NCBI RefSeq assembly: GCF_050320075.1
Contig: NZ_CP190018.1
Direction: 5' to 3' (one strand)
Source: Escherichia coli
GTDB taxonomy: Bacteria; Pseudomonadota; Gammaproteobacteria; Enterobacterales; Enterobacteriaceae
Length of the DNA stretch: 64,000 bases
This document shows, one piece after another, positions 53,158 through 64,000 of the stretch. The notes under the pieces were generated by a model that saw only the letters and a list, made by a program, of their open reading frames with translations, searched no databases and had not been told where the DNA came from. Position numbers and translations under genes: made by a program. Every line of letters starts with the position of its first letter. Within the stretch, counting starts at the first letter, position 1.

Positions 53158-53331
53158 TTACTGACTCGCCGCAGCCAACTCTTCTTCTGACACCCCGGTA
53201 AAACGCAGGGTGTCTGCAAGATGGACTCCGGATTACAGCATTCTTTTGGCGATATCCAGGGCTTCCAGGCGTCGATCCAATAAATAACCAATCAGGTAAC
53301 TAATAAGATATTCTCTTTCTGCATCTGTCAT
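53158..53331 (-). pseudogene. degenerate, frameshifted copy of an Rpn-family C-terminal tail immediately 3' of yhgA
   Basis: Minus-strand translation gives MTDAEREYLISYLIGYLLDRRLEALDIAKRML* then, in another frame, SGVHLADTLRFTGVSEEELAAASQ*, which parallels the yhgA C-terminus ...[36 protein letters not shown]. Confidence 0.45.
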
Positions 53332-53348
53332 TAAAACCATCCTTTACG

Positions 53349-54242
53349 TTATTGATGATTTATTTCAGCAAGGTCTTCAACCGTCAGGCTGGTAAATCGC
53401 AGAACGTCCTCAAGAGAGACTCCGGCATCCAGCATGGTTTTGGCAATATTTAGGGCGTTGGTACGTATACCTTTCTGAAACCCCTCCTGCCGCAATCTTT
53501 CCGCAATAGTCATTAAACTCTCCTTGTGTTTCGGTGAACGTTCGGCCACACCGTCGATAAAATCGTTAAAACGTACCGCATCGCCAGTTTGCAGTATGTA
53601 ATTAAACAGCCCTTTGATTTGTCTGTCATTAGCGTATCCACTACTTAATAAGCAGGCCATTTGCTCTACCAGCCCCATCAGGTCGCGTTGACGAATATGT
53701 TTTTGAATTAACTCCAGCAGTGCCATACGTCGGTGCTGCATGATTTCATCATCAGGCATGACGGTGACATCAATCAGCGGAAATGCAGAGGCATAAAGCT
53801 GCCTTGCCAGGTTGGGATCGGCGAAACAATCAAGCCAACACAGCGAATAGGGATAGGGGCTTTCAATACCGTGGTAAAACAACAATGGCACCACCATCGG
53901 CAAGGTTTTGTATCCGGCATCCAGGTGATTTTGCATTGCGGCAATGGCGTAGCGCATCATGCGAAATGCGATCAGTTTGTTTGAGGTGCTTTGATGTTCA
54001 ATCAGACAATAGATGTATCCTGGCCCTTGTTCCGTTTTCACCGACCACAGCACGTCGGAATAGCTTTCACGCAGATCGTCATCAATAAAGCTGCTCGACT
54101 CCAGCTTGAGGGTTTTCATATCACAGAGCGCGTGAATGGGTGCCGGTAAATGAAACGCAAGAAAATCGCGTGCCGTCTCCGGTTGGCGTAAAAAGAGTTT
54201 GAACAGCGCATCGTGTGGGGTGGAACTCTGCTTTTTGCTCAT
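53349..54242 (-). CDS. yhgA: Rpn-family recombination-promoting nuclease (PD-(D/E)XK, transposase_31-like)
   Basis: 297 aa; [28 protein letters not shown]...; matches YhgA/RpnA by sequence and position next to bioH. Confidence 0.88.
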   Translation of the reverse strand: MSKKQSSTPHDALFKLFLRQPETARDFLAFHLPAPIHALCDMKTLKLESSSFIDDDLRESYSDVLWSVKTEQGPGYIYCLIEHQSTSNKLIAFRMMRYAIAAMQNHLDAGYKTLPMVVPLLFYHGIESPYPYSLCWLDCFADPNLARQLYASAFPLIDVTVMPDDEIMQHRRMALLELIQKHIRQRDLMGLVEQMACLLSSGYANDRQIKGLFNYILQTGDAVRFNDFIDGVAERSPKHKESLMTIAERLRQEGFQKGIRTNALNIAKTMLDAGVSLEDVLRFTSLTVEDLAEINHQ

Positions 54243-54444
54243 GGCGTTCCTTCACCTGTTATTTGAATGCCGCGACTCTACGCGCCACTCCACACCTGTG
54301 CATTAGCCAGTTTTCATCCCTGCGAGACGCTTTCAGAGGAACTTACGTCGCGCTGCAAGAATTGCATTTTTATGGAAAGCCGCACGCAAAAAAGCCCGGA
54401 TGCAAACGCATACCGGGCTTTTCAAAACAGGCGATGGAGTATGG

Positions 54445-54681
54445 TTAACGCAGCGCCCACCACTCGCGCAGACAGACTTTGCCTTCCGGGCAGCTTTTAC
54501 AACTGCCAGAGAGGCAGCCGTCAGGTTCTTCCTGAATCCGCACGGCTTTGCCCATGCTTTCCAGCTGTTGCAGCATGGCGTTAATCATTGGCTGCGGCGT
54601 ATTCAATGCCTGGCTTATCTGGGCCGCTTCCATACGGCCCCGTAACGCCAGCAAATCACGTACCTGAATAAGTGAAGCCAT
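54445..54681 (-). CDS. feoC: ferrous iron transport protein FeoC
   Basis: 78 aa from ATG at 54681 ([28 protein letters not shown]...); C-terminal Cys cluster [15 protein letters not shown]. Confidence 0.9.
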   Translation of the reverse strand: MASLIQVRDLLALRGRMEAAQISQALNTPQPMINAMLQQLESMGKAVRIQEEPDGCLSGSCKSCPEGKVCLREWWALR

Positions 54682-57002
54682 TAATGGCAATCACCGGTGG
54701 TGCTGGCTGCGCAGCAACTGCTTACCGATTTGCGCGTTGCCAGCAGTTCGATATTCACCCGGCTACGCGCGCGGCGCAGCAGACCGATAACCACGATGTT
54801 AAACAGGATAACCGCCAGAATGCACACCAGGCTGTAAGTTGGATGCTGGCTGTAGCTGGCGACTTGATAGAACAATGTTGCCAGCGAGTAAGCGATATTC
54901 AGCCCCCACAGGATGGAGAAGCCCATCCAGCCACGGCTTGATTCACGGGCGATAGCACCCATCACCGAGATGCACGGTACGTACAGCAGGACGAAAATCA
55001 GGTAGCTGTATGCGGCAGCTGCGCTACCGAATTTCTGATCCATCACACCCATCGCCCCGGTACCCATTTCGCCGTCGCCTTTGCTCGCTTCAATCGGGTT
55101 CATCAGTACGCTAAGGCTGAAGGTGTCTTTCAGGCTCTGCCAGGTTTCATCTACCGCACTGAACAGCTCTTCACCGAGGTTAAATTCCGCCGGATTGAAC
55201 TCTTCGTCCTGAATATTTTCTGCGGTGTAGAGGGTGTTGAGCGTACCCACCACCACTTCTTTCGCCATTGCGCCTGTAAACAGGCCAACCGTTGCCTGCC
55301 AGTTATCTTCATGCACGCCAATCGGCTTGAAGACTGGGGTGATCACCCGGCTGACGGAAGCCAGCGCCGAGTCGTTGATGTTATCGACGATTTTCCCGCT
55401 CAGAGAGAAGCTGTTGAAAGCACTCAGGAAAATGCTGACGATGATAATCACTTTACCAGCACGCAGAACGAAGCCTTTCAGACGCTGCCAGGTCTGGATA
55501 ATCAGGCTTTTAACGTGTGGTACATGGTAGACCGGCAGCTCCATGACAAACGGCGTCGCTTCACCGCGCATGATGGTGTACTTGAGCATCAGGCCCGTCA
55601 GCACCGCCATTACGATACCGAGCATATACAGCGAGAAGACCGCCAGCGCACCGTTCTGCCCGAAGAAGGCAGCCGCAAATACTGCGAAGATAGCCAGACG
55701 CGCGCCGCAGGACATAAACGGTGCCATCATGATGGTCATCAGACGTTCACGCGGTGCATCAAGCGTACGTGCGCCCATTACCGACGGTACGTTACAACCG
55801 AAACCAACGATCAGCGGTACAAAGGATTTCCCCGGCAAGCCCAGCGCCTGCATCAGACGGTCCATCACAAACGCCGCACGCGCCATATAGCCGGAGTCCT
55901 CAAGGAAGGAGAGGAACAGGTACATCATGCCGATCTGCGGCACCAGTGGCAGCACGGTGTTAATACCGCCACCCAGGCCCTGGGCGAGGAAGATAGTCAG
56001 CCAGTCCGGGAAGTGGAGCGTGTAGCCAATCCATTGAATACCATGCACAAATAGCGCCACGGAGCCGACGTCAAACAGCGGCTGTAACGCCCCGCCGATG
56101 TTGATAGCCAGCAGGAACATCAGGTACATCACAAAGAGGAAAATCGGCAGACCGAGGAAACGGTTGAGCACGATTTTATCTACCGCAGTGGTGAAACGGC
56201 TGGGTTCTGCCGTCAGGGTGTTGCTTACCACATCACAGATGGCAGCAATGCACTGGTAACGCGCATCGGCAATGTGCAGCGCCGGATCATCCATCTCATT
56301 ACGCAGACGGGCGAGGGCGGCATCAAGATGCTGCGACGCTTCACCGGCGTAGGCGCGGCTGTAGATATCGCCTTCCAGCATTTGCAGGCCCAGCCAGCGA
56401 CGTTGTTTCAGCGGGATGTCGGAAGGCATCACTTTTGCCAGTGAATCTGCTTCGTTGAGTAGCGGCTGTGCGTAATGCACCAGTTCCACATTCTCGTTAG
56501 CTTTATAGCGATCAATCGCCAGCTTGAGCGCTTCAATACCGCGACCACGGGTTGAAACCAGCGGGATCACCGGGCAGCCAAGACGCGCCGACAGAGCATC
56601 AATTTCAATACGAATATTTTGCTTCTCGGCAATGTCGAGCATGTTCAGTGCCACGATGCAGGGAATGCCGAGTTCCAGCAGTTGCAGCGTCAGGTACAGG
56701 TTACGCTCAAGGTTAGACGCATCCACCACGTTAATCAGCAGGTCGGCGTCGCCACTCAGAATATAGTGACAGGCGATTTGCTCATCGAGCGAGGTCTGCG
56801 ATGAGATGGTGGTCAGAGAATAGGTGCCGGGCAGGTCCACCAGCGTGACCTGATGATCGGTGGTGGAGAATTGCCCTTCTTTACGTTCGACGGTAACACC
56901 AGCCCAGTTACCTACACGCTGACGTGCGCCAGTGAGCTGGTTAAATAAGGTTGTCTTGCCAGAATTTGGATTACCAATTAAGCCAATGGTTAATTTTTTC
57001 AT
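54681..57002 (-). CDS. feoB: ferrous iron transporter FeoB
   Basis: 773 aa from ATG at 57002 ([25 protein letters not shown]); G-protein domain plus polytopic membrane domain. Confidence 0.96.
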   Translation of the reverse strand: MKKLTIGLIGNPNSGKTTLFNQLTGARQRVGNWAGVTVERKEGQFSTTDHQVTLVDLPGTYSLTTISSQTSLDEQIACHYILSGDADLLINVVDASNLERNLYLTLQLLELGIPCIVALNMLDIAEKQNIRIEIDALSARLGCPVIPLVSTRGRGIEALKLAIDRYKANENVELVHYAQPLLNEADSLAKVMPSDIPLKQRRWLGLQMLEGDIYSRAYAGEASQHLDAALARLRNEMDDPALHIADARYQCIAAICDVVSNTLTAEPSRFTTAVDKIVLNRFLGLPIFLFVMYLMFLLAINIGGALQPLFDVGSVALFVHGIQWIGYTLHFPDWLTIFLAQGLGGGINTVLPLVPQIGMMYLFLSFLEDSGYMARAAFVMDRLMQALGLPGKSFVPLIVGFGCNVPSVMGARTLDAPRERLMTIMMAPFMSCGARLAIFAVFAAAFFGQNGALAVFSLYMLGIVMAVLTGLMLKYTIMRGEATPFVMELPVYHVPHVKSLIIQTWQRLKGFVLRAGKVIIIVSIFLSAFNSFSLSGKIVDNINDSALASVSRVITPVFKPIGVHEDNWQATVGLFTGAMAKEVVVGTLNTLYTAENIQDEEFNPAEFNLGEELFSAVDETWQSLKDTFSLSVLMNPIEASKGDGEMGTGAMGVMDQKFGSAAAAYSYLIFVLLYVPCISVMGAIARESSRGWMGFSILWGLNIAYSLATLFYQVASYSQHPTYSLVCILAVILFNIVVIGLLRRARSRVNIELLATRKSVSSCCAASTTGDCH

Positions 57003-57018
57003 TGTTGTTATCACCGTA

Positions 57019-57246
57019 TTAACAGGAAACCGCTTCCACTTCTAATAAGGCCAGATCTTTTTTGCGTAATACCAGGCTCACACGACGGGTTTCGATATGA
57101 ATGGGGTCGCCGAGTGGAGCGACGCGCACCACATTAAAAGAGGAGCCAGGTAACATGCCTAGAGAAAGCAGTTTTTGGCGATATGCCGGGCTGATTTCAC
57201 GGGAAAAGCCAGTGATTTTCCACGCAGTATCTGGAGTGTATTGCAT
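57019..57246 (-). CDS. feoA: ferrous iron transport protein FeoA
   Basis: 75 aa [51 protein letters not shown]... Confidence 0.95.
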   Translation of the reverse strand: MQYTPDTAWKITGFSREISPAYRQKLLSLGMLPGSSFNVVRVAPLGDPIHIETRRVSLVLRKKDLALLEVEAVSC

Positions 57247-57354
57247 AGGTGCCTACTTGTTTCTCATTAACTGGATAACTACCTCATGGGGCGTTTGACA
57301 GCGACATGAGACCAGATGATTTGCCAACGAAGGAGAGATTAAATAATCAACAAC

Positions 57355-57377
57355 ACAATGATAATGAGAATGGTTTC
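57355..57377 (-). promoter_or_regulatory. Fur box in the feoABC promoter
   Basis: aatgataatgagaatggtt resembles the Fur consensus gataatgataatcattatc, about 110 bp upstream of feoA. Confidence 0.55.
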
Positions 57378-57578
57378 TATCAGCAATACTTAAAATGTGT
57401 GCGAATGTTGGTTTGAATAATAATCTGACTCAATGTTGATGTGGCTCAAGGTTATATCGCAGCGAAAATATAATTCGAATAGCGAATTACCAGGACTGGT
57501 TAATGTTTAATTAAGGTTTCAGTTGTTAATGAAGTGATAAATATTAACGGGATATATTGAGAGTTTGGTTGTGGAATA

Positions 57579-57609
57579 AAAAGGCCGGAGATATTCTCCG
57601 GCACTTTTA
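57579..57609 (-). terminator. hairpin terminator downstream of tex
   Basis: aaaaa-ggccggagatattctccggc-actttt, a near-perfect palindrome flanked by A and T runs, about 80 nt after the tex stop. Confidence 0.5.
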
Positions 57610-57614
57610 TGTCA

Positions 57615-57662
57615 GGCAAGGCGTTCGTTGCCAGATGCGGCGTGAACGCTTTATCTGGCAGG
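57615..57662. repeat. REP-like palindromic unit
   Basis: gccagatgcggcgtgaacgctttatctggc resembles the REP consensus. Confidence 0.45.
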
Positions 57663-57685
57663 TTTACGTTTGTCTATCAGGGCGT

Positions 57686-60007
57686 TTAACGTTTTTTGCC
57701 CATTGCCGCCGCCAGCGCATCCATCATCGCGCTGTTACCGGCAGGCTGCGCTTCACGCCCACGCGGTTTGGCTGCCGGGCGGTTGTTTTGCGGGCGTTCA
57801 TTACCGCCGCCGCGACGGGCGTTGGTTTCGCCAGGCTGCTCGTCCAGACGCATAGTCAGGGCGATACGTTTACGCTGAAGATCGACTTCGAGCACTTTCA
57901 CCTTCACAATGTCGCCCGCTTTCACCACGGTATGCGGATCTTCCACAAACTTGTTCGACAATGAAGAGATGTGAACCAGGCCGTCCTGATGCACGCCAAT
58001 ATCGACAAACGCGCCAAAGTTGGTGACGTTGGTCACCGCGCCTTCGAGGATCATACCCGGTTGCAGGTCGTTCATTGTCTCGACGCCATCGGCAAACTGA
58101 GCGGTTTTAAATTCCGGACGCGGATCGCGACCTGGTTTTTCCAGCTCTTTGATGATGTCAGTTACTGTCGGCACACCGAATTTCTCATCAGTAAAGTCAG
58201 ACGCTTTCAGGTTACGCAGCTCGCTGCTGTTACCCATCAGATCTTTCAGTGCCTGCTGCGTCGCCGCCAGAATGCGTTCCACCACCGGATAGGCTTCCGG
58301 GTGAACGGTAGAGGCGTCCAGCGGGTTATCACCATGGTTAATGCGCAAGAAGCCCGCACACTGTTCGAAGGCTTTCGGCCCCAGACGGCTCACTTTTAAC
58401 AGTTGCTGACGGTTCTGGAACTGCCCGTTCTCATCGCGCCAGGCAACGATGTTTTGCGCCATCATGCGCGTCAGGCCCGCCACGCGAGTTAACAGCGGAA
58501 CAGAAGCAGTGTTGAGATCGACGCCAACGGCGTTTACGCAGTCTTCTACTACTGCATCCAGTTTGCGGGCCAGCTGCGTCTGGCTGACGTCATGCTGATA
58601 CTGACCTACGCCGATAGATTTCGGATCGATTTTCACCAGCTCCGCTAGCGGATCCTGCAAACGACGGGCGATAGACACCGCGCCACGCAGCGAAACGTCG
58701 AGATCCGGGAACTCCTGCGCTGCCAGCTCGGAAGCCGAGTAAACCGACGCGCCAGCTTCGCTGACGATCACTTTCTGCGCGGTCACTTTCGGGAACTGCT
58801 TCTGCACGTCGAGATAGAAACGCTCAGTTTCGCGGGAAGCTGTACCGTTGCCGATCGCCACCAGTTCAACATTATGCTTTTCACACAGGGCAGCAACGGT
58901 CATCGCTGCTTTTGCGGCTTGTCCGGTGTGCGGGTAAATGGTATCGGTCGCCACCAGTTTGCCAGTTGCATCGACCACCGCTACTTTTACCCCGGTACGC
59001 AGACCCGGATCGAGGCCCATCGTTGCACGCAGTCCGGCTGGGGCCGCCATCAGCAGATCGTGCAGGTTACGGGCAAAGACGTTGATTGCTTCATCTTCCG
59101 CGCGTTCGCGCACGGTGCCCATCAGTTCGGTTTCCAGATGCATCAGCACCTTGATGCGCCACGTCCAGCTCACCACGCCTTTGCGCCAGCTATCCGCCGG
59201 GGCATTGTTCAGGCGCAGGCCGAGATGATCCATAATGATTTGCTCGCAATAGCTCTCTTTTGGCGGCTCATCGAACTGCGGATCGGCATTCAGCGAAAGC
59301 TGAAGTACGCCTTCGTTACGACCACGGAACATCGCCAGCGCGCGGTGAGAAGGCACCGTTGACAGCGGTTCGTGATGATCGAAATAGTCGCGGAATTTCG
59401 CCCCTTCCTCTTCTTTACCACTCACCACCGTAGAAACTAAATGCGCGTTCTTCCACAGATAATCACGTACTTTTGCCAGCAGCGCGGCATCTTCGGCAAA
59501 CCGTTCCATCAGGATATAGCGCGCGCCGTCCAGCGCGGCTTTGGTATCTGCCACGCCTTTATCGGCATCAATATATTGTGCAGCGGCGACTTCTGGCGTG
59601 TGTGACGGATCGCTCCACAGCAGATCGGCCAACGGCTCAAGCCCTGCTTCAATGGCGATTTGCCCGCGGGTGCGGCGTTTAGGTTTGTAGGGCAGGTAGA
59701 GGTCTTCGAGTTCGGTTTTGCTTAAGGTGGCGTTGATGGCATTCGCCAGCTCGTCAGTGAGTTTGCCTTGCTCGGAAATGGATTTGAGGATCGCCTGACG
59801 TCTCTCTTCCAGCTCGCGCAGATAGCTCAGACGCGTTTCCAGATTACGCAGCTGCGTGTCATCCAGACCGCCGGTGATTTCCTTACGATAACGTGCGATA
59901 AACGGCACGGTATTCCCTTCGTCAAGCAGGCGAACGGCAGCGTCAACCTGTTCCGGGCGCGCCTGAATTTCACCCGCAATAATGCGGCAGAACGAATCAT
60001 TCATCAT
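57686..60007 (-). CDS. tex: transcription accessory protein Tex (S1 domain)
   Basis: 773 aa; [43 protein letters not shown]; C-terminal S1 domain. Confidence 0.95.
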   Translation of the reverse strand: MMNDSFCRIIAGEIQARPEQVDAAVRLLDEGNTVPFIARYRKEITGGLDDTQLRNLETRLSYLRELEERRQAILKSISEQGKLTDELANAINATLSKTELEDLYLPYKPKRRTRGQIAIEAGLEPLADLLWSDPSHTPEVAAAQYIDADKGVADTKAALDGARYILMERFAEDAALLAKVRDYLWKNAHLVSTVVSGKEEEGAKFRDYFDHHEPLSTVPSHRALAMFRGRNEGVLQLSLNADPQFDEPPKESYCEQIIMDHLGLRLNNAPADSWRKGVVSWTWRIKVLMHLETELMGTVRERAEDEAINVFARNLHDLLMAAPAGLRATMGLDPGLRTGVKVAVVDATGKLVATDTIYPHTGQAAKAAMTVAALCEKHNVELVAIGNGTASRETERFYLDVQKQFPKVTAQKVIVSEAGASVYSASELAAQEFPDLDVSLRGAVSIARRLQDPLAELVKIDPKSIGVGQYQHDVSQTQLARKLDAVVEDCVNAVGVDLNTASVPLLTRVAGLTRMMAQNIVAWRDENGQFQNRQQLLKVSRLGPKAFEQCAGFLRINHGDNPLDASTVHPEAYPVVERILAATQQALKDLMGNSSELRNLKASDFTDEKFGVPTVTDIIKELEKPGRDPRPEFKTAQFADGVETMNDLQPGMILEGAVTNVTNFGAFVDIGVHQDGLVHISSLSNKFVEDPHTVVKAGDIVKVKVLEVDLQRKRIALTMRLDEQPGETNARRGGGNERPQNNRPAAKPRGREAQPAGNSAMMDALAAAMGKKR

Positions 60008-60103
60008 GGTTTGAGTTCATCTTTTCGGATCAAAAATCAGGGGATAGTTATACGGACTGGCTGGCAAAAATGCCAGCCATCGGCAGGAGGTTAAGACTCT
60101 TCC

Positions 60104-60580
60104 TTACGGTTTCACGTACTCGATAGCATTAACATACCAGCTCGCTTCCCCGGCAGGGGTATTCACCACCGCCAAATCGCCCACCTCTTTTTTCAACAAT
60201 GCGCGAGCCATCGGGGAATCGATAGAGATGTAATCTTTACGACCAAAAATTTCATCGTAGCCGACAATACGGAAACGGTGAGTCACGCCATCGTCGTTTT
60301 CAATCTCCACCCACGCACCAAAAAAGACTTTGCCTTCCTGCTGCGGGGAGTAATCGACGATTTTGAGATTTTCCATGCATTTAGTGAGATAGCGCACGCG
60401 ACGGTCGATTTCACGCAGGCGCTTTTTATTATACTGATAGTCAGCATTTTCGCTGCGGTCGCCCAGACTTGCGGCCCAGGTCACCTTTTTTGTGACCTCC
60501 GGGCGTTCTTCACGCCAGAGATAATTAAGCTCTTGTTTGAGTTTTTCATACCCTTCCCGGGTAACCAGGGGCGTTTTCAT
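60104..60580 (-). CDS. greB: transcript cleavage factor GreB
   Basis: 158 aa from ATG at 60580 (MKTPLVTREGYEKLKQELNYLW...). Confidence 0.93.
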   Translation of the reverse strand: MKTPLVTREGYEKLKQELNYLWREERPEVTKKVTWAASLGDRSENADYQYNKKRLREIDRRVRYLTKCMENLKIVDYSPQQEGKVFFGAWVEIENDDGVTHRFRIVGYDEIFGRKDYISIDSPMARALLKKEVGDLAVVNTPAGEASWYVNAIEYVKP

Positions 60581-60807
60581 CTCGTTGATTCCCTTTGTCT
60601 GTTTGATAATGCGCACATTGGGTATAACGTGATCATATCAACAGAATCAATAATGTTTCGCCGAATAAATTGTATACTTAAGCTGCTGTTTAATATGCTT
60701 TGTAACAATTTAGGCTGAAATTCATACCAGATTTAGCTGGTGACGAACGTGAGCTTTTTTAAGAATACACGCTTACAAATTGTTGCGAACCTTTGGGAGT
60801 ACAAACA

Positions 60808-62876
<2,069 letters not shown>

Positions 62877-62907
62877 ATAAAACGGGAGGCGAAGGTGCCT
62901 CCTGTTT

Positions 62908-63204
62908 TTAGATTGTTTTCAATTGATTGATAATGAAAGGATTCGCTTGCAAAAGCAGGAGCAATTTTCGGGGTGCTCCGGTAGGTTGACGGCGTTTGGT
63001 TTCCCAGCTTTTGACCAGGTCATAACTTACCCCTACGGCGACAGCAAAATCTTGCTGACGTAAACCCGTTGCTTCACGGATCGCTTTTACATCGATTTCG
63101 CTAAAAGTATGGACGTGCTCTGGTTCAGGCGCTTCTTCACCCTTTTCGATGCGTACCATTTCTTCTGCGCTGGCAAGAAGATCAGCAAATAATTCGTCTT
63201 TCAT
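62908..63204 (-). CDS. XRE-family HTH antitoxin (HigA-like)
   Basis: 98 aa; HTH region IREATGLRQQDFAVAVGVSYDLVKSWETKRRQPTG; lies 58 bp downstream of the toxin-like ORF on the same strand. Confidence 0.75.
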   Translation of the reverse strand: MKDELFADLLASAEEMVRIEKGEEAPEPEHVHTFSEIDVKAIREATGLRQQDFAVAVGVSYDLVKSWETKRRQPTGAPRKLLLLLQANPFIINQLKTI

Positions 63205-63262
63205 CTGTTTTCAATGCCTCCGTTGGCATTTCGGCCATGGTGGAATTTGTGGAGCTTCAACA

Positions 63263-63580
63263 TTAAAGCAGCTTCTCGGACAATAGTTTCAATGCCTTTC
63301 TTTGTTCTTCTGTTAAATCATCCTGTTCATTTTTAGGATAAATCAACGCCAGATAAATTCGGCCATTGCGTGTTACGTTGTAATAAATTATCCGAATGCC
63401 ACCCCGTTTCCCCATTCCAGAACGGTTCCAGCGAATTTTTCTAAAACTGCCTGTGCCTGCGATAATGTCACCGGCAGTGGGATCTTGAATGAGTAGTTCC
63501 TGAAAAGCCCGGAACTCATCATCAGGTAACAATAACTGGCGGCGTTTGCTAAATCCTTGTAGTTCAATAAACGTGAACAT
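63263..63580 (-). CDS. RelE/ParE-superfamily toxin of the Gp49/HigB-like type
   Basis: 105 aa; motif KRGGIRIIYYNVTRNGRIYLALIYPKNEQDDLTEEQ typical of Gp49/HigB-like toxins; toxin-first order. Confidence 0.75.
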   Translation of the reverse strand: MFTFIELQGFSKRRQLLLPDDEFRAFQELLIQDPTAGDIIAGTGSFRKIRWNRSGMGKRGGIRIIYYNVTRNGRIYLALIYPKNEQDDLTEEQRKALKLLSEKLL

Positions 63581-63653
63581 AATGCATCCTGCGGTCTATT
63601 GATAATTATAAGTGTACCGTGTACATATTGGTAGCTAATTAGATATAAAAAAA

Positions 63654-63677
63654 CCCCTTATCCGTTTGGATAAGGGG
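63654..63677 (-). terminator. rho-independent terminator of pck
   Basis: ccccttatcc-gttt-ggataagggg preceded on + by a 7-A run (a U-run on the pck strand), 20 nt after the pck stop. Confidence 0.65.
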
Positions 63678-63696
63678 TCAATGAGATTTCAGCTGA

Positions 63697-64000
63697 TTAC
63701 AGCTTCGGACCAGCCGCTACCAGCGCGGCACCCGCAGGGGTGTCGGTGTATTTATCGAAGTTGTCGATAAACAGTTTCGCCAGCGTTTCAGCTTTTTCCT
63801 GCCACTGTTCCGGAGAGGCGTAGGTGTTACGCGGATCGAGAATCTTCGTGTCTACGCCCGGCAGTTCTGTTGGGATCGCCAGGTTAAACATCGGCAGAGT
63901 GAAGGTTTCTGCGTTATCCAGCGAACCGTTGAGGATGGCGTCGATAATGGCGCGGGTATCTTTAATGGAGATACGTTTGCCAGTGCCGTTCCAGCCGGTG
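63697..64000 (-). CDS. pck: phosphoenolpyruvate carboxykinase (ATP), 3' part only
   Basis: C-terminus ...[63 protein letters not shown] matches Pck; the gene runs off the right edge. Confidence 0.9.

Noticed and set aside
57557-57964. 135-aa plus-strand ORF
   Set aside because: Covers the tex terminator hairpin and REP-like element and then runs antisense into tex; Arg-rich translation typical of antisense GC-rich sequence.
60008-60103. Hairpin gctggcaaaaatgccagc between tex and greB as a terminator
   Set aside because: No T-run follows on either strand and it sits in the tex promoter region, so a terminator call is not supported.

Overview
This window reads as an Escherichia coli-type chromosomal segment, in reverse orientation relative to the K-12 map as I recall it (livF side to pck side). 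The conserved backbone is ugpBAECQ, yhhA, ggt, yhhY, the sRNA RyhB, yhhX, yhhW, gntRKU, yhgN, asd, glgBXCAP, glpD, glpEGR, rtcR, rtcBA, malT, malPQ, gntT, nfuA, gntX, bioH, yhgA/rpnA, feoCBA, tex, greB, ompR-envZ and the 3' end of pck. All gene identifications come from reading the translated ORFs and from recalled protein lengths and motifs; no database search was run. Against that backbone, several segments look accessory: (1) a ~3.4 kb two-gene insertion between gntU and yhgN encoding a RecQ-family helicase with a C-terminal phosphoribosyltransferase-like domain, translationally coupled to a DprA/Smf-like protein, which is my top candidate for a toxin-antitoxin or anti-phage module; (2) a ~3.2 kb locus between glgP and glpD with two paralogous PstS-like binding-domain proteins and a frameshifted membrane-domain pseudogene; (3) a toxin-first Gp49/HigB-like toxin plus XRE antitoxin pair between envZ and pck; (4) an IS1 copy without target-site duplication that truncates an Hcp-like gene next to ggt; (5) a degenerate extra copy of the Rpn C-terminal tail just 3' of yhgA. 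No rRNA, tRNA or CRISPR array was seen.
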